A stretch of DNA of 64,000 nucleotides from Azolla caroliniana (Eukaryota; Plantae; Polypodiophyta): assembly GCA_043228905.1 (NCBI GenBank), contig JBHGNT010000017.1, positions 3,348,001 to 3,412,000 on the forward strand. The letters run 5' to 3'. Shown piece by piece: positions 54,465 through 64,000 of the stretch. Position numbers and translations under genes: made by a program. How positions within the stretch are numbered: position 1 is the stretch's first letter; each line of letters begins with the position of its first letter. A model generated the notes under the pieces. That model made no database searches, was not told where the DNA came from, and was given only the letters and a program-made list of their open reading frames with translations.

Positions 54465-56179
54465 TATCGTGGAGAAAACCGTCCCTAGGCGGAATCGAAG
54501 AATATCGGGAGAATCGGCGGTGTGCACCATGTGCACTTACCCTGGTAAAAACGTGTGAATAGTAGGAGTCAAGTCGGGACAAAGAATCCCATGTAAGTCG
54601 GGATTTATCCCACACTGTAGCGCATCTCCCTCCTTGTTCTATAAAAGGAAGGGAGCGCCTCTTGTGAAAGGGCTGCCCATTTTTTAGTTGTAAGGGTATA
54701 CCATTTTGTGCTTCTTTTCTAGGGTTAGTTACATTCTTTCCTTCTTCTCCTTCTTCTCCTTCTTGAAAACTCGGGCGGTAGCTATGGCGAAAAAGCTGTT
54801 AGGTTAACTCTTCCTCTTCTAAGCGTACCCGGCTCACGGCTGGGGTTGTATCTCCCCCCCCCTATTGTAGGTTTGCTCCTGCTCGGCCTCCTGTGCAAGA
54901 CCCCGCTCGGTGCGACGAGCCCGAGAGCTCCCCGACGGCGGCTTGGCGGTAGACTACTGTTGCGACCTAGCTTACCTCAGTCCAGCTCAGAGCCGGAGTT
55001 GTAACCCACTCTTGTAATCATATATATATACAGGGTTGTGCATATTTGTGTCTCTATTGGTGTCGGATGCTTTCCCTTCCTTGTGTTTCCTGTACATAAG
55101 AGGTGTGTGTTGTGTCGGTGTTGCGCGCGTGTTCTCTCTAGATCTCTTCCTCTCTCGCTTTTGGTAGCCACCGGTACGCGTCCAGAATCGCTTCGGGTCG
55201 CGCCACAACTAGTGCAGCCGGGACCGGAGAGAAGTCGGCTTCCGACACCCCATCACTTCCTCGTCCGAGATCCCCGTGGTCACGCCCCTCTTCTACACGT
55301 ACGCGCGTAACAACGCGACATATTTGGTGAACCCGAAGTGAAGGGTGGCAAGGGATTATGGAGCTGGAAGAAGACGACTTCAAGCAACTTTTTGTCGAAG
55401 CGGTGAGGGAGTTTGGACGAGCAACAACAAGACAAGAGTCAGCGCAGCAAGCGGTGGAGCGAGTGGTCGAAAGAGTCGGCCGTTTCAACAGGGACCAGGT
55501 CCCATTCTACTTGGAAGCCTACAACGCGGAAATGGAGGAGCGAGACGTAGACGAGTTGTTGAGGCTGGAATTGTTCTGTCGAGTCGTCGTCCGTATGCAT
55601 GCGGAGGTGAAGGAGCTCCGAGAAGCTCATGGTTCGTGGGAGGCCTTCGAAGAGGCGCTCCTGCAGGCATATGGAAGACGTTGGAAGAGCTGGGGACGAT
55701 GCGGCTTCGACCAGTGGATAGCATCGGCGAAGACCCACCGGGGTGCAACGAAGGCGTTCCGAGAGTTCGAGCGACGGCTTGCTCGGCTCCCGGAGCAGGA
55801 ACAAGGTTTGGTGGGGGCGGACAAAGTCCTATTGTTCGTCAAGTCGATCGACCGAGCGGAACGAGAGGCTGTCGGGATTGAGCTCGAAGATGATGACGGA
55901 GCGAATGGGCTTACGGAGGATTGGTCGAAGGTCGGAAGGGTATGCCAAAGGCTAGATGACGAGCAAGCCGAGAAGGCTAAGAGGAAGGCGTGCGACGGCG
56001 TGCCATCACAGCGGGAAGAGGCCGGACGGCAAAGAGAGTCGGCAAGGCTTAGCGTTGGGGCCAGGATTGTGGAGGCGTACACAGCTCTGGAGGCAATGCT
56101 CGAGGAAGAGGAAAGATCGAGGCCGCAAGCCGACACTGAGGAGACAAACTTGCCCCAAGAGATGGCAGAAGATCGGTAC
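54465..56179 (+). mobile_element. 5' part (LTR, PBS, gag) of Gypsy element D of the tRNA-Trp-primed lineage
   Basis: LTR T(A)TCGTGGAGAAAACC...CGCGACA at 54465-55320, then PBS TGGTGAACCCGAAGTGA. gag ORF from 55358 is homologous to 62704-63564 (GRF..Y..EM; LLFVKS.D..R..VG..LE...GLT.DW). Cut by an LTR at 56180. Confidence 0.85.
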
Positions 56180-57282
56180 TGTTAAGACTGAGAGAGAGAA
56201 AGAGAGAAAAAGAGATAGAAAGAGAATTATTATATTGAAGCGTAAAATGGATTACAAAGAGTAGGCTACAAAATGGCGTTGAACCAATTTAGGTTTGGGA
56301 TGGGTGGTAGATCCTTATTTATAAGTAATAGAGAACACTCTAGAATACTCTAGGTTATCCTAGAATGTAGAGTAATCTAGAAGATCTCTAGAGTATTCTA
56401 GAAGGTTCTAGTGGTATAGAACACTCTAGAATATTCTAGGTCATTCTAGAATGTAGAGTAATATAGAATATTCCTATGATTATTATTAGATTTCATATTC
56501 TAGAGACTATACATATAAGAATATTAATACAATGGTTAAGGATTTGACATGTGTACAACAAGGTCGTGGGTTCAAATCCTTTCGAGTCATAATGTGAGTG
56601 TCATGATCCTTTTGATGCATGATGTGAGTGTTATCATGACACTATCCCCCTTCTTCGACGACACGTCTCACGGGTCGTAGGGTTTGTATTAGGACCTGGT
56701 TTACAAGGATATTGGCGATGAAATGCATTGACGAGTTCTGCAACATTGGAAAGATTTGCGGGGGGTATAACCTAGCCAATCGACTAAGTAATACAGCTTG
56801 TTGCGCACGATTTTAGAATCGAGAACGGCAGCAACTTCAAATTCAGGCCCATCCAAGAACTCGATAGGTGGTGGAGGTGTCGTAAGTCGGCCCGGAATTG
56901 AACTTGTAGTATAAGGTTCCAAAAGGGATACATGAAACACCGGATGAAGATGCATGTGCGGAGGGAGGTCAAGACGAAATGCAACATCACTTATCTTACC
57001 AGTGATCATGTAAGGGCCAAAACGTTGGTAATCCAATTTACTGCAAGGTCGAGTAGTCTTGATGTTGTGTTGGAGAAGCCATACATGATCCCCAATGCGG
57101 AACTTTTTTGAGGAGTCTAGACGATGACGATCGGCAAACCTCTTGTGTGTAAATTGAGCATCGTGCAAATTGTGGAGAATGTTAGCTTGAATTTTTTGGA
57201 GGCGACTAAGACGATCCTCAGCAGCATGGTTTGTAGGAACTTCTGGATGCGCATTCATCGTCCACCGAGGGTGACAGCCCGT
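56180..57282 (-). mobile_element. 3' part of a chromodomain Ty3/Gypsy (chromovirus, Tcn1-like) inserted into element D
   Basis: Integrase C-terminus KLDYQRFGPY..HPVFHVSLLEP plus chromodomain EFEVAAVLDSK..LYYLVDWLGY. PPT AAGAAGGGGGATAG. 3' LTR 56180-56641 (TG...CA on minus). Confidence 0.88.
56330..56505. promoter_or_regulatory. Array of heat-shock-element-like motifs in the chromovirus LTR
   Basis: aTTCtaGAAggTTCt (three nGAAn units) at ~56395-56409, CTAGAATATTCTAG at ~56426-56439, and further TTCTAGAA/GAATATTC dyads. Confidence 0.55.
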
Positions 57283-60200
57283 TGTCGAGGTTTTCCTCGC
57301 GGATGCGTGGAATGAGGCGGAACCTCGGGGGTCCTGTACCAAAGAGCAAGAGAGGAAGGGGAAGAATCCCTCTACGTGCGAGCGTAGATCCACAGGGACA
57401 CGGCCCTTCGACGCAAAGACACAAGTGGGACAGCGACACAAAAAGACACGAATGTATGTATGTATTGACAAAGACAAACAACAAGAACACGAAGACAACA
57501 AACACGAAGTCGGTTACAACCGAACAGGCCGGCGAACAGATGTTGATACCTGCTCGTAAACACACAGAGAGGAAGGAGTAGGTTGGAGGTGCTGCCGGAA
57601 GCACTCGGGCATTCCTCAGAGCAGCGCGAGCCTCCCGAAACCTGCACAGAAGGAAGCTATGGAGTCTGCGAACCAGAGTGAGAGAGAGAGAGAAGCCTTC
57701 GCACGCAAACCGACAACACTTCATCCTCGACTCTCCGCGATCCCCCTTTCCCTTCTAGTCTCCCTCCTTTTTATAGGCAAGGAAGGAGCCGTTTCCCCTT
57801 TACTTCCTACCCACTAAATCTACCGGCCTAGGATCTTCTATGGACAACATTCGAGAAGAGCCGGTTCCTACGCTCCTGTGCACCGATTTCGCTTGTGGAC
57901 GGTTTTCTTCACGACATCCGCCCCCACCTAACCGCGCATCCACCGGCATGCGCCAAATTGAGTTGGGACGGAGAAAACCGGCCCAACCTTCATTCCTCGC
58001 CCTTCGGTTCTTCCTCGGTTTCGGATCGTTCGTCGTCGCGGTCCAAGTCAACCGGATCCGGCTCGTCGTCGTGGCGCTTCTTGAACGCTTTGATCCGCTT
58101 CCCAGCTACCGGTATCGCCATTCTCGTACCGTCGAGTTCCGCCAGATGGTACGTCCCGTTGTCGTTGGCGCTTTGTACCACGTAAGGCCCGAACCACCTT
58201 TTTGCGAACTTCCGTGTCGCTCGGTGCTGGTTGTCAAGGCTGTTGTCGTAGACTAGCACCCAGTCACCTTCCTCGATCTTCTTCGGTCGGAGCCGGTGCG
58301 TTCGGTCGAACCGAGCTTTGTTCCTCATCCTTGCTTCCCGAAGCTTTTCCGCGGCCTGCTCCACGTCCTCCGGTCTTCGCTCGAGCTGTCGTATACGCGC
58401 CACCAGCAGCTCCTCCCGACTCATCTCGTCTCTCCAGTCCACGGTTACCCATGAGGAGATCATACGTTCCATCGGCATGATCGGCTTCTGCCCAAACATG
58501 AGCTCTGCCGCCATGAATCCGGTTACCGAACTGTGCGTAGTACAGTCAACCCACAACGCGTAAGGCAGCAGTCGTGGCCAGTTCCCGACTTGCCCTCCGC
58601 ATGCCCGAACTAATGCCTTGACGATCGGTCCGTGTCCGCGCTCCACCTTCCCATTCGCCTCCGGATTGTACGCAGTGGTAAGCGAGAGCTTGACTCCTAG
58701 CCGGTCGAACAGCCCCTCGTCCTCTTCGGCGTCCAACTACCCGCGATCAGCCACGATCTTCCCAACGCACCCGTACCGGCATATCACGTCCTCGATCAGG
58801 AACCGACATACGACCGCGGTCGTTTTGTTCTGAAGGGCTCGGCCTTCCACCTGGTTCGTCAGATCTTCCCGAGCCAGGACCAGATATCGCATTTGTCCTA
58901 CTCCCATCGGCATCGTCACCAGGTCTACCATCCATTTGAAGTGGATGGTTGGAGGGTACGTAGGGTGAAGCTCGTCCCGATGTCGGACTACGGAGTGCAT
59001 CTGACAGCTCTAGCAAGTCGTCACGAACCGATGCACATCTCGGTACTGTCCCGGCCACCAGTACTTCCCCTTTATCTTCTCGAACATGGCCCACGTTCCA
59101 CGGTGTCCGGCCCAAGGGCTGTCGTGGTAGGCCGTCAGCAGCTCCTCCTATTCTTCCTTCATCGCCACCACCCGGAGCGGGACACCGTTCCTCTTCTTCC
59201 GGTGCTTCCATAAGTATCCGTCCCGGAGGAAGAATCGGTAAGCTTTCTTCCGGATCCGGTTGGCCTCGTCCTTCGTCCATGACGCATCCGGCGTCATTGT
59301 CCTCAAAAATCCACCGATCTGGAGCCGCTCGCCATCATACCTGCTCTCGTCGAAGTCGTTAAGTGCCGGAGTGCTCGTCCCATCGGTCGTTACGTACGCC
59401 GCCTCGAAGAAGTCCACGCCGACTTCTTCGTCCTCCGAAACCATGCCGCCCTCGTCATCAAACCTCGCCCTCGAAAGCATGTCGGCCATGGCGTTGTCCT
59501 TTCCGGAAATGTGTCGTATTTCCGGGTCCAGGGACTTGATGTACGCTATCCACCTGAGCATCGCCAGGTCCGATGTCGCGCATCCGGAAACCATGGCGAG
59601 AATCGGCAGGCAATCCGTCTCGATAACCACTTCTGTCCCGATCAGGTAGTCTTTGTCGGCCTTTACTGCCGAAACGATACCCCAGAGTTCGCGTTTAACC
59701 TGGGCGTACCCTCGCTGTCGTTCACTGAGGACCTTCGCGCCGAATCGGATCGGGAACCGAATGCCGTCCCCGTCTTCTTGGTTGACGACCCATCCGATCC
59801 CGGCGGACTCGTATCCACCGTTATGTATACTGGGGTGGCCTTCTCGTAGACAACCTTCTGGGGCGCCGGTGGTGCCGCAAGAGCTTCCTTCAGCTTCCGG
59901 ACCGACTCCGTGTGCTCGTCTCGCCACTCGGATTTTCGCCCTTTCTTCAGCAACCCGTATAGCGGCTCCGCAACGTGGGCGTAATGAGGGATCCATATGC
60001 GGTAGAACGCGCATGCCCCCAGGAACCTCGGAACTTCCGTAACCGAGCTACAATCAGTCTTCATCGCGGAGATGGCTTCTACCTTTGCCGGAGACGGCTT
60101 CCGGCCATAAGGTCCACATAGGTGTCCGACCACCAGGATTTCAGATTGCCCGAAGGCCGATTTCTCCCCGGAGAAGGTGAGCCTCGCATCCTCTAGCCTC

Positions 60201-63200
60201 CGTAGCACCTTCTCGCAGTCGTCGATGTGTGTCGCCACGAATCGCCGGCATCCGTCCGGCCCGACTGTCTCGTCCTTCTCCTCCTCCGGGCACCCCTTTA
60301 TCGGGATGTCGTCTAGAAACGGCATGGTGATGTCCGGGATGCAATCCCTCAGTACCTTGTTCATTGCATTCACCATGTGGGCCACGGAGTTGGTCCCTCC
60401 TTGTGGCAGGGTACACATTCGCACTAGGCCGAGGGGAGTTCGCATCATCGTAATATCTCTGCTCTCCACGGCTAGCTGGAACTGGTCGTACCCCGAGTAC
60501 AGATCACCGACCGAGTAAATCGACCTTCCGGCGAAGGCCTCCGCGAACTCGTCTATGGTCGGTCCGATTCCTGCGTTCCGAATGGTCACTCTGTTGACCG
60601 GCTGCAGGTCTTGAATGAAGCGCATCGTTCCGTTTTTCTTTGGTACGGTAAACCATCGGTTCGAGTATGGGGCACTCGACGGTTCGAGAATGCCCATATC
60701 TACTTTCTGCCTCAATAGCTCCATCAACTTCGGGATGTGAGCTCTCGGTACCGGAATCGGCTTGAGATTCCACGGCACATGCGGTACCGTGAATATTACC
60801 ATTGGTTCCACGATCGTCGGGTCTACGCACCCGATGTCGTCCGGTGAGAATGCGAAGGCTTTCCCGTGCCTTCCGAGCATTCTCCGAAACCAGTCTTCCT
60901 CCGCCGGCAGTAGGAACCTGCCCCCACCGATCATGAGCTCCCGGAGCGTCCCGTCGGTGAAGGTGTGTCCTATGCAGGCCGGATCTCGTAAACTAGGGTC
61001 CGACGCAACCCCTCTGATTCAAGACTCGCTGCCCTCCGGTAAGGGTGCCGCGATCGGCCTTACCTTCTGGTCCACAGTCTTGTACTTCGTGCTAACTCGG
61101 GCCGTCCGATCCGACCCGAGCCCCCGACTGAAGTTCGCGATGACTTCGTACATCTCTTCGGAACATACCGGTATCGTCCGGTCTTCGTTAAGGTCTTCTC
61201 CGGCAACCTTCCTCAGCATCCCCAAGGTGTCGTCGAGGGAGACCGCCTCCACGGCCCCGCTGATTTCCTCGTCCGGGCCGAGAACTCCGCACGCTCGAAG
61301 TCGCACTTCCGCCCTTGTCTTTTCTCGGCCGACGATGCCGACTATCATGCACCCTCCGTTGTTGGAGAAGCAGAATTTCCTACTTATCGTACAGTCGTGG
61401 GGTCTTTTCCGAGTGTCCGGGCTGTCTCGGCCCGACGCCTTGGCAGCCCTGTCTAAAAATCCCCTCGGTTTTCGCCACCGAGGGATTCGCGGTTTCTCTC
61501 GTGGTTCGGTCGCACCGTCAGAAATTGGACCGAATGGCGCCCGTCCTGGCTTTTGACCCTCGCGTAGGCCGAACCGTTGTCCAGCACCTTGGTCTCCATT
61601 CGCGCCGCCGTGATATATGGTTTGCCTAATATGACCGGGTGCGAGGACGTCTCCTGTACGAAGAAGTGCTGGTCAATCTCGACGTCGCCGATCTTGACTC
61701 GCACGTTCGGGCAGGCCCCGTGCAGTTCCTAGGTGGCGCGCGTCGCCGCCCGTATCTTCCACCCGTGCTTGGTGTTGATCGGCCACTTTCCCTTCTTAAG
61801 AAGACCATGGACATTAGGTTTATTTCCGAACCGTGGTCCACCAATGCCACCACCGGTTCCTGAACATCTCTGATCTTTACTGGGGTCTCCGTGGTCGCTC
61901 GGGCCCAGTGTGGCCTCGAATAGTGGCTCTCCGCCCACTCGTCTTCCATCGCCATGTCGTCGATGTGCGTCGTCCGCACCTCCACCGGTCTTTCCGGTTC
62001 CGTCTCCGTCGACAGTCTCTTCCGTTTCACCAGGTCCACAATGGAGTCGTGGAACTCCTTCTTGGCGATCCCTAGCACCTCCCGTAATGACAACTCCACT
62101 TTGCTATCGAGGATCCGTTCTTCCAGGACCTTTCGTAGGTCCGTAGTCCTTTCTATTTCCGTCCCCAGTCGGTATCCGCCCTTCCTGGGGTTATCTTGCG
62201 AGCCGGACCCACCGGCATCGTTCCGTCGTTGCCCGAATCGGGTCTCGTACCGTTGTGAGGGCCCGGCCGCTCCGGCTTTCCCCACTCGCTTGTCTTCTAC
62301 CAGAGCCTCGTAGTTCCGGCAGGCGGCTTCTACGAAGCCCGTCTTCTCCTCGACCGGATCGCCCCACCCGGTTATTTCCCGGACCCGTCTCTCAGCACGG
62401 TCCGTTTCGTCTTTCCTTAGCCGTGCGCCGGCAAGACCTTCCAGCATTGCCGACCAGAATCCGTCTTTGCCCCCGACCCGAATGTCGGCCGACGCCGAGT
62501 CGGGCCGCTGCCTCTTCCATCAGTCTCTTCATACCTCCTCGCCCGTCGTTTCGGTTCAGGGCCCTCCTGGTGTCGCCGGCGTGCACCCGGCCTACCCACA
62601 GGTACACCACCCGGTTCCTCAACGCCTCTGCGAAATCGCCGCAGTCCTTTCGAATGTGGCCAACCTCGTCACACCACATGCACCTGTTCCCCGCTGCCGG
62701 CCGTCAGTCACGAGCCGGTTCGCCGCCTTCCCTTCGAGTCTGGGCGATCTGGAGATCTTTTATCGCCCGCGTCAACTCCTCCAGCGCTGCTCCTCCGGAC
62801 GATCCATTGACCATGCCGGTCGAAGCCGGACCGGTTTCAAGCCATTCCCGGGTTTCTTCCCTTCGCACTTGCGGTGCTAGTTCAAGCCTCCTTGCTGTGA
62901 CAGAGCCCGCACCGGCCGCCCCGTTGTTAGCCCATTCTCGTCGTTTGTCGAAACGGCCACAGACTCTCTTAACCGCAACCCAGTCGGTTGTCAACCCGTC
63001 TTCGGTTTCCAGCAAGGAGCCGACTTGATCTCTGTCCCGCTCGTCCACCGACTTGACGAACAATAGGACCCGGCTCGTATCCAGAACGGTTCGGTCAAGC
63101 GCCGAAAGGCGCGCAAAGCGTTCTTCGAACTCCCGGAGGAGTGCCGACGCGTTTCTTCCCTTGCCGGGGGACTCCACCCATTCCATGAAGTCCCGTTTCG

Positions 63201-64000
63201 AAAGCCGGAGCGCGTCGTCCAGCCCGTATTTTTCTAGGAGTTGTCCTTCGAACTCCTCCCAGGTACGGCTCTCCGCCCGCACCTTGAGCACCTCCACATG
63301 GATGCTCGGCATCGCCACTCGAGGAAACCCGACAAGACGCCTCTCTTCCGGAATGTCCCGCATCAGCATTTCTGCCCCGTAGGACGCCAAATACTTCGTG
63401 GCATCCTTTCCGCTGAACCGGCCGATCGTACCGACGACCGCCTCAATGGCTCTGTCGAGGGCGCCGGAGCCCTCGCGTGCGCTCAGTATCCGATCCACGG
63501 CCGAAGCCATGGCCTCTGCAAGATCCGACCCTTTCATCTTCTGCTCTTCTGCCGCCTCTTTCACGTCGGGTTCACCAAGATGTCGAGGTTTTCCTCGTGG
63601 ATGCGTGGAATGAGGCGGAACCTCGGGGGTCCTGTACCAAAGAGCAAGAGAGGAAGGGGAAGAATCCCTCTACGTGCGAGCGTAGATCCACAGGGACACG
63701 GCCCTTCGACGCAAAGACACAAGTGGGACAGCGACACAGAAAGACACGAATGTATGTATGTATTGACAAAGACAAACAACAAGAACACGAAGACAACAAA
63801 CACGAAGTCGGTTACAACCGAACAGGCCGACGAACAGATGTCGATACCTGCTCGTAAACGCACAGAGAGGAAGGAGTAGGTTGGAGGTGCTGCCGGAAGC
63901 ACTCGGGCATTCCTCAAAGCAGTGCGAGCCTCCCGAAACCTGCACAGAAGGAAGCTATGGAGTCTACGAACCAGAGAGAGAGAGAGAGAAGCCTTCGCAC
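57283..64000 (-). mobile_element. Ty3/Gypsy element C (non-chromoviral, tRNA-Trp PBS), nearly full length, decayed
   Basis: 3' LTR 57283-57916, PPT GGTGGGGGCGGA, 5' LTR 63581->64000, PBS TGGTGAACCCGACGTGAA. gag with CMWCDEVGHIRKDC, protease LVDHGSEINL, RT (DLYSGYDQF, LPQGGTNS, FLDDI), RNase H and integrase (YNPEANGKVERGH, WFGPY). No chromodomain. Confidence 0.95.

Noticed and set aside
53907-54562. 150-175 aa ORFs in Gypsy C LTRs as an extra or env-like gene
   Set aside because: They are low-complexity, CT/GT-rich translations, and their frames and ends differ between LTR copies.
60762-63879. Long plus-strand ORFs (264, 257, 212 aa) antisense to Gypsy C
   Set aside because: Expected shadow ORFs in GC-rich coding DNA; no recognisable domain.

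Overview
Eukaryotic land-plant genomic DNA. It is probably from a seed-free plant such as a fern; that is an inference from the TE repertoire and the abundant (GA)n. Three spliced host genes are present: a SnRK1 beta-gamma subunit (SNF4-like, +, 1709-10497), TON2/FASS PP2A B'' subunit (-, 11670-15859) converging on it, and a GDSL esterase/lipase (+, ~42933-48174). Most of the rest is decayed and nested retroelements. Nest 1 (19-40 kb) is an L1 LINE split by a Copia, which itself carries a solo LTR, a full Copia of that LTR family, and a Gypsy solo LTR. Nest 2 (51-64 kb) has a deleted Copia, a CpG-rich repeat, tRNA-Trp-primed Gypsy elements and a chromodomain Gypsy. The most unusual signals are: (1) a tRNA-Trp-primed Gypsy lineage whose four visible insertion flanks are all 4-mers centred on CpG, with an apparent -1 frameshift signal placed after the protease; (2) a SINE-like repeat made of two convergent tRNA-like units, one copy joined to an RTE-X-like LINE 3' end; (3) a dense heat-shock-element array in a chromovirus LTR. 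All calls were read by eye; no database searches were run.
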